Assembly: GCA_030390025.1 (NCBI GenBank)
Contig: CM059432.1
Span: 3,472,001 to 3,536,000 of the forward strand
Reading direction: 5' to 3'
DNA: 64,000 bases
Source: Squalus acanthias
Lineage: Eukaryota
The notes below the pieces were generated by a model that saw nothing but the letters and a program-made list of their open reading frames with translations, was not told where the DNA came from and searched no databases. Below are positions 48,882-61,881 of this stretch, piece after piece. How positions within the stretch are numbered: position 1 is the stretch's first letter; the number at the start of each line of letters is the position of its first letter. The translations under genes were made by a program, and so were the position numbers.

Positions 48882-49349
48882 AGAAAGAAAGAAAGACTTG
48901 CATTTCTATAGCGCCTATCAGGACCACCGGACGTCTCACAGCGCTTTACAGCCAATGAAGCACTTTTTGAAGTGTAGTCACTGTTGTAATGTGGGAAACG
49001 CAGCAGCCAATTTGCGCACAGCAAGCTCCCACAAACAGCAACGTGAGAATGACCAGATAATCTGTTTTTGTTATGTTGGTTGAGGGATAAATTTTGACCC
49101 AAGAAGAACTCCCCTGCTTTTCTTCGAAATAGTGGCCGTGGGAACTTTTACGTCCCCCTGAGAGGGCAGGCGGGGGCCTCGGTTTAACGTCTCATCTGAA
49201 AGACGGCACCTCCGACAGTGCAGCACTCCCTCAGCACTGCACTAGAGTGTCAACCTAGCTTTATGTGCTCGAGTCCCTTGGAGTGGGACTTGAATCCACA
49301 ACCTTCTGACTCAGAGGCAAGTGTGCTCCCACTGAGCCACAGCTGACAC
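48882..49349 (-). mobile_element. Full-length Deu SINE inserted in a CR1 tail (48745-49520)
   Basis: A and B boxes; CACTTCAAG present at both junctions. Confidence 0.88.
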
Positions 49350-49524
49350 TTCAAGTGCATATCCAAGTACTTTTTAAATGTGATGAGGGTTTCTGCCTCT
49401 ACCACCCTTTCAGGCAGTGAGTTCCAGACCCCCACCACCCTCTGGGTGAAAAAAGTTCTCCTCGACTCCCCTCTAATCCTTCTACCAAATACTTTAAATC
49501 TATGCCCCCTGGTTATTGAATCAT

Positions 49525-50770
49525 AAATTCATAGAATGATACAGAACAGGAGGAGGCCATTTGGCCCATCGTGCCTGTGCCGGCTCTTTGAAAGAGCTCT
49601 CTGACGTAAGAAAACTACTAGGCACTTGGTCTGAGTATTAAACAAAGCTTGAATCAATTGTTTTTCAACATGGAGATCTAGTTGAGTCCTTCACTAGTTC
49701 CTGTTAAAGAATGTCCTGAGCAAGCTGGGCCCATGCCCGAGTATTTATACTCTCCCTGGACAGCGCCACCAGCAGGCCGCCCAGTATTATTTCATAAGTC
49801 ATTTCCACATGAATGACAAGATTCATGTCACTCTCCAATTAGTCCCACTCCTCTGCTTTTTCCCCACAGCCCTGCAAATATTTTCCTTTCAAGTATTTCT
49901 CCAATTCCCTTTTGAAAGTTACTGTTGAATCTGCTTCTACCGCCCTTTCAGGCAGTGCGTTCCAGATCACAACAACTCGCTGCGTAAAAAAAGGTTTCCT
50001 CATCTCCCCCTCTGGCTCTTTTGCCAATCACCTTCAATCTGTGTCCTCTGGTTACCGACCCTCCTGCCACTGGAAACAGTTTCTCCTTATTTACTCCATC
50101 AAAACCCTTTTGAACACCTCTATTAAATCTCCCCTTAAGCATCTCTGCTCTAAGCAGAACAACCCCAGCTTCTCCAGCCTCTCCACATAACTGGAGTCGC
50201 TCATCCCTGGAACCATTCTAGTAAATCTCCTCTGCAGACTCTCCAAGGCCTTGACATCCTTGATTTATAAAGGTTTAGCATAACTTCCTTGCTTTTGTAC
50301 TCTGTACCTCTATTAATAAAGCCCAGGATCTCGTCTGCCTTTTTCTAACAGCCTTCTCACCTTGTCCTGCCACTTTCAAAGATTTGTGTCTGTGGTCCCC
50401 CAGGTCTCTCTGTTCCTGCACCCCCTTTAAAATTGTACCATTCCGTTCATATTGCCGCTCCTCATTCTTCCGACCATCACTTCACACTTTTCTGCATTAA
50501 ATTTCATCTGCCATGTGTCTGCCCATTTCACCGGTCTGTCTATGTCCTCCTGAAGTCGATCAACATCCTCCTCACTGTTGACTACATTTCCGAGTTTTGT
50601 GTCATCTGCAGACTTTGACATTATTCCCTGTCTACCCAGGTCCATGTCATTAATATATACGTCAAAAAGAGCAGTGGTCCTAATACCGACCCTTGGGGGA
50701 CACCACAGCACACCTCCCTCCAGTCTGAAAAACAACCGTTCACCACTACTCTCTGCTGTCTGTCCTTTAG
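49525..50770 (-). mobile_element. CR1 RT/3' fragment split by a short solo LTR
   Basis: YINDMD...SADDTKLG and FFTQRVVVIWNALP motifs. Confidence 0.85.
49602..49830 (-). mobile_element. 229-bp solo LTR (Copia- or Gypsy-like)
   Basis: TGAC...GTCA termini; 5-bp TSD CTCTC (49597-49601, 49831-49835); minus-strand TATAAA at about 49744-49749. Confidence 0.75.
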
Positions 50771-50937
50771 CCATCTTTGCCATGATTTTAGCAACTGCCG
50801 TATTTACTTGAAGGAAATAAATTGCCTGTTGCAACAGGCCAAGCCTCCCTTCTCATGAATACATGAAGCAAAGCAGTGTAACTCTATCTTCTTAATGCAC
50901 AGGCTGCAATTAGAGACAACACCTAGCGTAATGATAT

Positions 50938-51550
50938 TGGCCCGGGGTTTTCCGGGGCCTGAGGGTACATACGTGGTGCGTACGCGCCCATAAGGGGCCG
51001 CGCAAGTTCTGAGTTTTTGCACGCGAAGCGCCTGCGCTAAAACCCGGAACGTGCGATCTGTCAGGAATCTTCCGCAGATCGTCCCCATCCCCGGGAAAAG
51101 GGTCTCCGCGGGCGGAGAGTTACTGCCCAGCGAATGCCCGTGAAATTTCTACGCCTGGTAAAAGCAGGCATAGGGCCTGTTTTTACCAGCGTAAGAGTTT
51201 AAATGAATATAAAAATATTTTTTTTCAATTATTTAAACATTTAAACACCTGTGAAATAAGGTAAGGTTACTTTTAGCCCCTTTAAAACATTTACATTTAT
51301 TTTTCAATAATTACATTTTTTGTTTTAAATGTTTAATTAAATTGTATTTTAATTAATTTGAAATACGCAATTTTTTGTTTTAGGTCTAGGTGTATTTTTC
51401 GAGGAATTCTCATTCATGCTTAGGGAGGTTCCGTACATACAGAATCCCCATAAGTATGAATGGGGATCCTCTTCCGTCATTGGTTGGGCTGGCCCACGTG
51501 ATCCAAGGCGCGCTCGCGAACCGCTTGCGCCCCTGGGATACATGGGCCTC
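50938..51550. mobile_element. Harbinger-like MITE related to 8117-8883, truncated at the RTE
   Basis: Shared blocks (AAGGTAAG, AT-rich core, CCCACGTGATCC...GCGCCCCTGGGATAC). Confidence 0.6.
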
Positions 51551-51551
51551 T

Positions 51552-53010
51552 CTTCTTCTTCTTAGGCAGTCCCTCGGAGCCGAGGATGACTTGCTTCCAC
51601 GTTAAAAATGGGTTCTCAGGTGACTGATGAGTCCAATGCGGGACCTACAGTCTCTGTCACAGGTGAGGCAGACGCTGGTTGAAGGGGCGGGTGGGTGGGG
51701 TGCTTGGGTTGACGTGCGCTCCTTCCGCTGTTTGCGCTTGGCTTCCGCTTGCTCCCGGCGAAGAGACTTGAGGTGTTCGGCGCCTTCCCGGATGCTTCTA
51801 CTCCACTTTGTGCGGTCTTGGGCCAGGGATTTCCAGGTGTCGGTGGGGATGTTGCACTTTTTCAAGGATGATTTGAGGGTGTCCTTGAAGCGCTTCCTCT
51901 GCCCACCTGGGTCTCTCTTGCTGTGTCAGAGCTCCGAGTAGAGCGCTTGTTTTGGGAGTCTCGTATCGGGCATGCGGACGATGTGGCCCGTCCATTGGAG
52001 CTGATCGAGCGTGGTCAAAGCTTCGATGCTGGGGATGTTGGCCTGAGCGAGAACACTGACATTGGTGCGCCTATCCTGCCAATGGATTTGCAGGATCTTG
52101 CGGAGGCAGCGTTGATGGTACCTCTCCAGTGCTTTGAGGTGCTTGCTGTACATGGTCCATGTCTCTGAGGCATACAGGAGGGCGGGTATCGCTACTGCTC
52201 TGTAGACCATGAGCTTGGTGCTGGGTTTGAGGTCCTGGTCTTCAAACACTCTCTTCCTCAGGCGACTGAAGGCTGCACTGGCACACTGAAGGCAGTGTCG
52301 TCATTGACGTCTGCCCTTGTTGACAGTAGGCTCCCGAGGTATGGAAAGTGGTCCACGTTGTCCAAGGCCTCATCATGGATTTTGATATTCGGGGAGCAGT
52401 ACTGTGTGGCGGGGGCAGGTTGGTAGAGGACCTTTGTCTTACGGATGTTTAGTGTAAGGCCCATGCTCTTGTACGCTTCGGTGAAGGTGTTGACGATGGA
52501 TTGGAGTTCGACCTCAGAGTGTGCGCAGACGCAAGCATCATCTGCATACTGTAATTCGACGACAGAGGATGGGACGACCTTGGATCTGGACTGGAGGCGA
52601 CGGAGGTTGAACAGTTTCCCGTTTGTTCTGTAAATTAGCTCCACTCCAGCGGGCAGCTTACTGAGGGTGAGATGGAGCATTGCCGCAAGGAAGATCGAGA
52701 AGAGCGTTGGTGCGATGACACAGCCTTGCTTGACCCCAGTTCGTAAGTGAATTGGGTCTGTGGTGGATCCATTGGTTAGGATCATGGCTTGCATGTCGTC
52801 GTGAAGCAGGTGGAGGATGGTGACAAACTTTTGAGGGTAGCCGAATTTGAGGAGGACACTCCATAATCCCTCACGGTTGACGGTGTCAAAAGCCTTTGTG
52901 AGCTCAAAGAAGGCCATGTACAGCGGTTGGTGCTGTTCCCTGCATTTCTCTTGTAATCGGCACGCGGTGAAGATCATGTCCACTGTGCCCCTTAGTGGGC
53001 AGAATCCGCA
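51552..53010 (-). mobile_element. RTE LINE (RT to 3' end), 5'-truncated
   Basis: ORFs 52258-53043 (KAFDTVNR, GVKQGC, YADD), 51926-52249 and 51602-51865; (AAG)n tail. Confidence 0.92.
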
Positions 53011-56000
53011 CAAGGGTCCTCTACCAACCTGCCCCCGCCACACAGTACAGCTCCCTGATTATCAAAATCCACGACAAGGCCTTGGACAACGTGGACCACT
53101 TTCCATACCTCGGGAGCCTACTGTCAGCAAGGGCAGACCTCGATGACGAAGTCCAACACCGCCTTCAGTTTGCCAGTGCAGCCTTCGGTCGTCTGAGGAA
53201 GAGAGTGTTTGAAGACTAGGACCGCAAACCCAGCACCAAACTCATGGTCTAGAGACCAGTAGTGATACCCGCCCTCCTGTATGCTTCAGAGACATTTGAA
53301 CATAAGAAATAGGAGCAGGAGTAAGCCATTCGGCCCTTCGAGCCTGCTCCGCAATTCAATGAGATCATGGCTGATCTTCTGCCTCAACTCCATTCACCGG
53401 CCCTATCGCCATATCCCTTGATGCCCTTACTAGTCAGAAATCTATCGACTTCTGTTTTCAATATACCCAATGACTGAGCCTCCACAACCCTTTGGGGTAG
53501 AGAATTCCAAAAGATTCACCACCCTCTGTGTGAAGAAATTTCTTCTCATCTCAGTCCTGACTGGCCTACCCTTTATCTTGAGGCTGTGGCCCCTGGTTCT
53601 AGACTCCCCAGCCAAGGGAAACATTCTCCCAGCATCCACCCTATCAAGCCCTGTAATAATTTTGTATGCTTCAATGAGATCCCCTCTCATTCTTCTGAAT
53701 TCAAGAGAATACAGGCCTAGTTTATTCAATCTCTTCTCATACGACAGTCCCGCGATCCCAGGAATCAATCTCGTGAACCTTCGTTGCACTCCCTCTTTGG
53801 CAAGTATATCCTTCCTTAGGTAAGGAGACCAAAATTGTACACAGTACTCCAGGTGTGGTCTCACCAAGGCCCTATATAATTGGAGTAAGACTTCTTTATT
53901 CCTGTACTCAAATCCTCTTGTAATGAAGGCCAGCATACCATTTGCCTTTCTAATGGCTTGCTGCACCTGCACATTCACTTTCAGTGACTCATGTACAAGG
54001 ACACCCAGGTCCCTTTGAGCATCTGCATTCCCCAATCTTTCACCATTTAGGAAATACTCTGCCTTTCTGTTTTTTCTACCAAAGTGAATAACTTCACATT
54101 TATCCACATTATATTCCATCTGCCATGTTCTTGCCTGTCGAGATCCCCTTGAAGCCTCTTCACATCCTCTTCACAACTAACACTGCCACCTAGCTTTGTA
54201 TCATCAGCAAATTTGGAAATGTTACATTTATTCCCCTCATCCAAATCATTGATATAGATTGTGAATAGCTGGGGCCCAAGCACCGATCCTTGCGGTACCC
54301 CACTAGTCACAGCCAGCCATCCTGAAAAAGACCCGTTTATCCCTACTCTTTGTTTTCTGTCTGTTAACCAATTCTCAATCCATGCTAGTATATTACCCCC
54401 AATTCCATGTGCCCTAATTTTGTTCACCAACCTCTTGTGTGGGACCTTATCGAAGGCCTTCTGAAAATCCAGATACACCACATCTACCGGTTCCCCTTTG
54501 TCTACTCCACTAGTTACATCCTCAAAGAACTCCAATAGGTTTGTCAAACAGGATTTCCCTTTCATAAATTCATGTTGACTCTGCCCAATCTTATTATTAG
54601 TTTCTAAGTGCCCAGTTATTGCATCCTTTATAATAGATTCCAGCATTTTCCCAACTACTGATGTGAGGCTAACAGGTCTGTAGTTCCCCGTTTTCTCTCT
54701 CCCTCCTTTCTTAAATAGCGGGGTTACATTTGCTATCCTCCAATCTGCAGGAACCGTTCCAGAATCTATAGAATTTTGGAAGATGACAACCAATGCGTCC
54801 ACTATTCCAATGGCCACCTCTTTCAAAACCCTAGGATGTAGGTCATCCGGTCCTTGGGATTTATCGACTTTTAGTTCCATTAATTTTGCTAGTACTGTTT
54901 TTTTACTAATAATAATTTCTTTAAGTTCCTCATTCTCGTCACACCCTTGGTTTTCTCGTATTTCTGGGAGGTTTTTGTGCCTTTCTCCGTGAAGACAGAA
55001 ACAAAGTATTTGTTTAATTTCTCTGCCATTTCCTCATTCCCCATTATAAATTCTCCCGTCTCTGACTGTAAAGGACCTACATTTACCTTCACCAGTCTTT
55101 TTCTTTTCACATACCTATAGAAGCTTTTACAATCTGTTTTTATATTTTTCGCTAGTTTGTGCTCATATTCCATTTTCCCTTTCTTTATCAATTTCTTGGT
55201 CCCCCTTTGCTGATTTCTAAAAAATCCCAATCCTCAGGCTGACCGCTTTTTCTGGCAACTTTATAAGCTTCCTCCTTTGACTTAATACTAGCTTTAATTT
55301 CTTTTGTTAGCCATGGTTGGATCACTTTTCCTTTTGGGTTTTTATGCCCTAGAGAAATATATGTTTGTTGCAAATTATGCATTATTTCCTTGAATGTTAG
55401 CCATTGTATGTCCACCTTCATACCTTTTAGTGTATTCTCCCAATCTACCATGGCCAACTTGTTCCTCATAACCTTGTAGTTTCCTCTGTTTAGATTGAAG
55501 ACCCTAGTTTTAGATTGAAGACCCTAGTTTCAGATTGGACTACATCACTCTCAAACTTAATGTAAAATTCAATCATATTATGGTCACTTGTCCCTAAAGG
55601 CCCCTTTACCACAAGATTATTGATTAGCCCTTTCTCATTACACAGTACCAGATCCAGAATAGCCTGTTCCCTGGTTGGTTCCTCCACATACTGATCCAGG
55701 AAACCATCTCGCATGCATTCCAAGAATTCGTCCTCCACACCATTAGTGGTAATTTGATTTGCCCAGTCAATATGCAGATTAAAGTCCCCCATGATTACCG
55801 TATTGTCCTTGTTACATGCACTTCTAATTTCTTGATTGATACTGTTCCCTACATTACCACTACCATTTGGTGGCCTATACACAACTCCCACCAATGTTTT
55901 CCGCCCTTTGCTGTTTCTTAGCTCCACCCAAACTGATTCCAGTTCTACATCACGATCTGCTGAGCCAAGATCTTTTATCTCTACCATACCGATCTCATCC

Positions 56001-57160
56001 CTTGTTATCAGTGCTACGCCACCTCCTTTTCCTTTTTGTCTGTCCTTCCTAAATGTTGAGTACCCTGGAACATTCAGTTCCCAGCTTTGGTTACCGTTCA
56101 ACCATGTCTCTGTAATGGCAATTACATCATACCCATTTACTTCTGTTTGTGCCATTAATTCATCCACCTTGTTGCGAATGCTACATGCATTTAGATAAAG
56201 TGCCTTCAACTTTGCCTGTTTAATATTTTTCTGCACTTTGACCCTGTTTACTGTTGGTCTTTGTTTCTGCCCCCTACTAGTTTTGCTGACTACTTTTCTA
56301 ACTTTCACTTCCAGCTTTGTTTCTCTCCATTCTGGGCCCACACTTCGGTTCCCAGCCCAATGACAAACTAGTTTAAATCCTTCCCAACAGCACTAGCAAA
56401 CCCCCCTGCGAGGATATTGGTCCCGGTTCTGCCGAAGTGTAACCCGTCCAGCTTGTACAGCTCCCACGTTCCCCAGAATCAGTCCCAATGCCTCAGGAAT
56501 TTAAATCCCTCCCTCCTACACCATCTCTCCAGCCATGCATTCATCTGGTCAATTCTGTACATGGACCATGTACAGCAGGCACCTCAAAGCACTGGAGAGG
56601 TACCACCAACGCTGCCTCTGCAAGATCCTGCAAATCCATTGGCAGGATAGGCGCACCAACGTCAGTGTTCTCGCTCAGGCCGACATCCCCAGCATCGAAG
56701 CTTTGACCACGCTCGATCAGCTGCAATGGAAGGACCACATCGTCCGCATGCCTGATACGAGACTCCCAAAACAAGCTCTCTACTCGGAGCTCTGACACGG
56801 CAAGAGAGCCCCAGGTGGGCAGAGGAAACGCTTCAATGACACCCTCAAAGCCTCCTTGAAAAAGTGCAACATCCCCACCGACACCTGGGAATCCCTGGCC
56901 CAAAACCGCACAAAGTGGAGGAGAAGCATCCGGGAAGGCGCCGAACACCTCGAGTCTCTTCGCCGGGAGCAAGCGGAAGCCAAGCGCAAACAGCGGAAGG
57001 AGCGCACGTCAACCCAAGCACCCCACCCATCCGCCCCTTCAACCACCGTCTGCCCCACCTGTGACAGAGACTGTAGGTCTCGCATTGTACTCATCAGTCA
57101 CCTGAGAACTCATTTTTAGTGTGGAAGCAAGTCATCCTCGGTTCTGAGGGACTGCCTAAG
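53011..57160 (+). mobile_element. RTE LINE (53011-53296 and 56559-57160) interrupted by a CR1
   Basis: Sequence reads through ...GAGACAT|ACATGGACC..., with ACAT on both sides of the CR1; C-terminal ORF 56856-57119. Confidence 0.88.
53297..56558 (-). mobile_element. Long CR1 LINE: ORF1 esterase end, APE endonuclease, RT and 3' UTR (frameshifted)
   Basis: AITETWL, KGGGV, GDFN, SDH (APE); RT motifs in 54047-54880; minus strand 56390-56545 gives NAWLERWC...LYKLDGLH (SGNH esterase of ORF1). Confidence 0.93.
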
Positions 57161-57164
57161 AGAT

Positions 57165-57830
57165 AGTAAATTGCAAGAAGTACAAGTAAATCGCTGTTTC
57201 ACTTGGAAGGAGTGTTTGGGGCCCTGGACAGTGGGAAGGCAGGAGGTAAAAGGGCAGGTGTTGCATCTCCTGCGCTTGCACGGGAAGGTGCCATGGGAAG
57301 GGGAAGGGGTGTTGGGGGTGATAAACACTGTTCCAACGAAGCTCAACGTAAGCACGAGGAACAGCACCTCATCTTTCAATTAGGCACTTTACAGCCTTCT
57401 GGACTCAACATCGAGTTCAACAATTTCAGACTATAACCTCTGCCCCATGTTTTCTTTTCTCTCTCACATGGCAGCTGTTGATGATTCTGCCATTGCCACT
57501 TACACTTCATCTAGAGTCATCTTTTCATTCTTAACTTGTCCCATTACCATCTCCTTTTACCTTGAACCATCATCCCTTTTGTTATTTAATCTCTCCTGCC
57601 TTCCATCCTATCACAGACCTTCCCTTTTGTTCTTTCCTCCCCTCCCCCCTCTCCCTGCCCTTACACTTGCTTAAAAACCTGTTCCATCTCCAACTTTTTC
57701 CAGTTCTGACGAAGGGTCATCGACCTGAAACGTTAACTCTGTTTCTCTCTCTGTGATGCTGCCTGACCTGCTGAGTGTCTCCAGCATTTTCTGTTGTTGT
57801 TTTAGATCTCCAGCATCCGCAGTATTTTGC
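57165..57830 (+). mobile_element. Penelope-like element with an inverted 5' segment (57165-57325 minus, 57328-57830 plus)
   Basis: Minus: GTFPCKRRRCNTCPF...FTCTS (Cys-rich region before GIY-YIG); plus: EAQRKHEEQHLIFQLGTLQPSGLNIEF*. Confidence 0.85.
57702..57738 (+). ncRNA. Minimal type I hammerhead ribozyme motif (Penelope pLTR)
   Basis: AGUU-CUGACGA-A-GGGUC-AUC-GACCU-GAAA-CG-UU-AACU. Confidence 0.72.
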
Positions 57831-58064
57831 TATTCTGCCAAAGTTCAAAATGGGCGAAGCATTTATTAGTCTGAGGATGTAACCAATGCAAATCAGCTTC
57901 AATCCTTAGAGAGATTTACAGTGTTATTGTGAAGCAGAGTGACAAACCTAAAGTGGAGAACAGAAGATAGAGGGTCTTTTGTAAATGAGGCATAATTACC
58001 ATCATTAAGGATATTGCATCTCAACGAGCTTTCTTTGCTGCTTTAGCAATCATTTGGTTACATA

Positions 58065-58725
58065 CAGAGAATTATACAGAACAGAAACAGGCCATTCGGC
58101 CCAACTGGTCCGTGCCGGTGTTTATGCTCCACACGAGCCTCCTCCCACCCCTCTTCAACTCACCCAATCAGCATATCCTTCTATTCCTTTCTCCCTCATG
58201 TGTTTATCGAGCTTCCCCTTAAATGTATCTATACTATTCACCTCAATCACTCCCTGTGGTAGCGAGTTCCACATTCTCACCACTCTCTGGGTAAAAAAGT
58301 TTCTCCTGAATTCCCGATTGGATTTATTAGTGACCGTCTTATATTTATGGCCCCTAGTTCTGGTCTCACCCACAAGTGGAAACATCTTCTCTACGTCTAC
58401 CCTATCGAACCCCTTCATACTTTTAACGACCTTTATCAGGTCACCCCTCAGTCTTCTCTTTTCTAGAGAAAAGACTCTCAGTCTGTTCAGTCTTTCCTGA
58501 TAATTATAACCTTTCAGTTCTGGTATCATCCTTGTAAAAAAAAATGTCACCTTTGCCTGTACCTCTATATCCTTTTTGTAATATGAGGATCAGAACAGGA
58601 TTCCAAGTACTATACACCATCAACACAACTTCCATGCTTTTCAATTCTATTCCTCTAGAAATGAACCCCAGTGCTTTATTTGCATTTTCTGTGACCTTGT
58701 TAACCTGCGTTGCTACTTTGAATGA
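58065..58725 (-). mobile_element. CR1 3' fragment
   Basis: ORF 58155-58550 FTRMIPELKG...RRLRGDLI...FFTQRVVRMWNSLP. Confidence 0.88.
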
Positions 58726-58894
58726 TGGTGAATGTGGTTGTCGTGACTGCATGCTCCACTTGTGATTGAGTTCTGCTTCAGTACGTCGGGAACACACCAA
58801 CAGTCGATCAGCCATTATGCCTTGTGATGCACTTGCTCCTGAAGATGCCAGGAACTGAGTTAAGCACAGTGGAAGCAGAGGTTTGCCTGCGTGT

Positions 58895-59262
58895 GCCTCC
58901 TCCATCCACTCCTCTGACCCAATGCTTGTATCCTCTATTTCCCTTCAACTATTCTATCCTCTCTTCCCTCCCCCTGAACCCTTATCAAGGTCACGTCCTC
59001 CATGAACGTTCTGCCCTGTCCCCTTCCTGACCTGGCTCCTAGTACCCAACTTCCCTTTTCTTGTTTGCCAACAATGACAGCCTCTCCCTATCCTCGACCA
59101 TTGTCCCCATCACTGTCAAACCCACCATCTTCATTCCTTTCTTAATAAACTCAACCTTACAACCCCTCACACTTTCTAACCTACCCTTCCACTCCAAGGT
59201 TATTGAATAGATCATTGTCACGCAACTGAGCTCGTCTCTCTCACCATTCACTGTTCAAATCC
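58895..59262 (+). mobile_element. Old, degenerate L2 RT remnant
   Basis: TCTAACCTACCCTTCCACTCCAAGGTTATTGAA resembles SNLPFLSKVLE; collinear with the reverse complement of about 63240-63600. Confidence 0.5.
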
Positions 59263-60474
59263 TTCATAGGAACATAGGAACAGGAGGAGGCCATTCAGCC
59301 CCTCGAGCCTGTTCCACCTCTTCAATGAGATCATGGCTGATCTGTGACCTAACTCCACCTACCTGCCTTTGCCCCATATCCCTTAATACCTTTGGTTAAC
59401 AAAACTCCAACAATCTCAGATTTAAACTTAACAATGAACAATAAAGTTCGACACCATCCAGGACAAAGCAGTCCGCTCGACCGGCAGCCCTTCCACCAGC
59501 CCACCACCGCGCTACAGAACCCAAATCACAAAATAAACAATAAAATGAAAAGTCTTTATATCTGAATGAATTTGAATGTCGTAAGGGTGGATAAAAAAAG
59601 GCACTAGAATCATAGAACGATACAGCACAGAAGGAGGCCATTCGGCCCATCGTGCCTGTGCCGGCTCTTTGAAAGAGCTCTCCGATTGGTCCCACTCCCC
59701 CCTGCTCTTTCCCCATTAGTCCTGCAAGTTTTTCCTTTTCAAGTATTTATCCAATTCCCTTTTGAAAGTTACTGTTGAATCTGCTCCCCTTTCAGGCAGC
59801 GCGTTCCAGACCGTAAAACATGCTCCGTAAATTTATTTTTCTCATGTCACCGCTGGCTAGAGACAAAAGTAATAATTTTTACTTTAGCAACTAAAGAGAC
59901 AGGTTGACAGGAGTAAATGTACATGACCAAAAGCATTTTTAAATGTAATGAATTAAAAAAAATTGTTATGATTCAATGAAATATAGTTATGAGAGTTTAG
60001 CCTTTCCCTCCATTGTTTGATGTGTTGTACTTACCACTATTCATTAGAAGGTCCATGAAATAGTCTTCCTTTAATTTATTTTAACCTCAGCAGGTTTTCG
60101 CTCTCCTGGCCACTCTACTATTTATCTTTTGCTTATCTTCCATTTAAAACATTGTGCACGTGAACAGATTATCTGGTCATTATCTGGGAGCTTGCTGTGC
60201 GCAAATTGGCTGCTGCATTTCCCACATTACACCAGTGACTACACTTCAAAAAGTACTTCATTGGCTGTAAAGCGCTTTGGGACATCCTGAGGTTGTGAAA
60301 GGCGCTATAGAAATGCAAATCTTTCTTTCTAACAGATGGTGAGCTGAAGAATCTGAATGGAACAATTCTCCCAATTACCAGCTTTTGTCAAAAGCTATTT
60401 TTTTGTATTGCTAATAAAATAAATAATTGAAATGACTAAATAATTGATCTGCAGTATAATCATCCGTTCAATTG

Positions 60475-61680
60475 TGATGGAATACTCTCCACTTGCCTGG
60501 ATGAGTGCAGCTCCAACAACACTCAAGAAGCTCGACACCATCCAGGACAAAGCAGCCCGCTTGATTGGCATCCCATCCACCACCTTAAACATTCACTCCC
60601 TCCACCACCGGCGCACCGTGGCTGCAGTGTGTACCATCTACAAGATGCACTGCAGCAACTCGCCAAGGCTTCTTCGGCAGCACCTCCCAAACCCGCCACC
60701 TCCACCAATGTTCCCTGTAGTCTGTGCTTTATTCTGCGCAGCCTGTTTCTTTTACTGTGTGGTCCCTTTACATTTCTGCACACGTGTGGTACTTACAATG
60801 GAGAAGCCGGTGAGCTGCCTGTACGGGATCTTTCCCATTGATGCGTAGCTACCCGGCCGCGCAGCTCAGAGGGAACATTGTCTACCACCTAGAAGGTCAA
60901 GGGCAGCAGGCGCGTGGGAACACCACCACCTCCAAGTTCCCCTCCAAGTCACACACCATCCTTACTTGGAAATATATCGGCCGTTCCTTCATCGTCGCTG
61001 GGTCAAAACCCTGGAACTCCCTCCCTAACAGCACTGTGGGAGCACCTTCACCACACGGACTGCAGCGGTTCAAGAAGGCGGCTCACCACCACCTTCTCAA
61101 AGAAAGAAAAAGAAAGACTAGCATTTATATAGAAAGAAAGAAAGACTTACATTTCTATAGCGCCTTTCATGACCACCGGATGTCTCAAAGTGCTTTACAG
61201 CCAATGAAGTACTTTTGAAGTGTAGTCACTGTTGTAATGTGGGAAACGCGGCAGCCAATCTTCGCACAGCAAGCTCCCACAAACAGCAATGTGATAATGA
61301 CCAGATAATCTGTTTTTGTGATGTTGATTGAGGGATAAATATTGGCCCAGGACACTGGGGAGAACTCCCCTGCTCTTCTTCGAAATAGTGGCCGTGGGAT
61401 CTTATCGTCCACCTGAGAGAGCAGACGGGGCCTTGGTTTAACGTCTCATCCGAAAAATGGCACCTCCGACAGCTCAGCGCTCCCTCAGCACCGCACTGGG
61501 AGCGTCAGCCTGGACTTTATGTGCTCAAGTCCCGGGGGTGAGACTTGAACCCACGACCTTCTGACTCAGAAGCGAGTGTGCTACCAACTGAGCCACAGCT
61601 GACAATCAAGGGCAATTAGAGATGGGCAATAAATGCTGGCCTTACAAGTGATGCCCACATCCTGAGAATGAATAAAAAAA
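60475..61680 (+). mobile_element. CR1-group LINE family 2, 3' fragment with a nested hAT MITE and Deu SINE (-, about 61100-61603)
   Basis: MEYSPLAWMSAAPTTLKKLDTIQDKAARLI...AAHHHLLK; tail resumes near 61605. Confidence 0.85.
60706..60880. mobile_element. hAT-type MITE
   Basis: Perfect 11-bp TIR CAATGTTCCCT; right flank TCTACCAC, left flank TCCAC. Confidence 0.8.
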
Positions 61681-61881
61681 ATATCATTGCATGAAGGAGC
61701 CAAGGTATTTTGGGTAGCCAATGACTTACATCAGAAGTAAGCTTTGCAGTTCGAATGTTGGAATTAAGCTGGTGAAGTAAAAAGAACTGAGGCGTACACT
61801 AAGAGTATTTTAGGGACTGAAGTAAGATGCAGATCAACAACTGAGAGCAGCCAGGCAAAGCTTTAGGGCTCCAAAAAGGTA

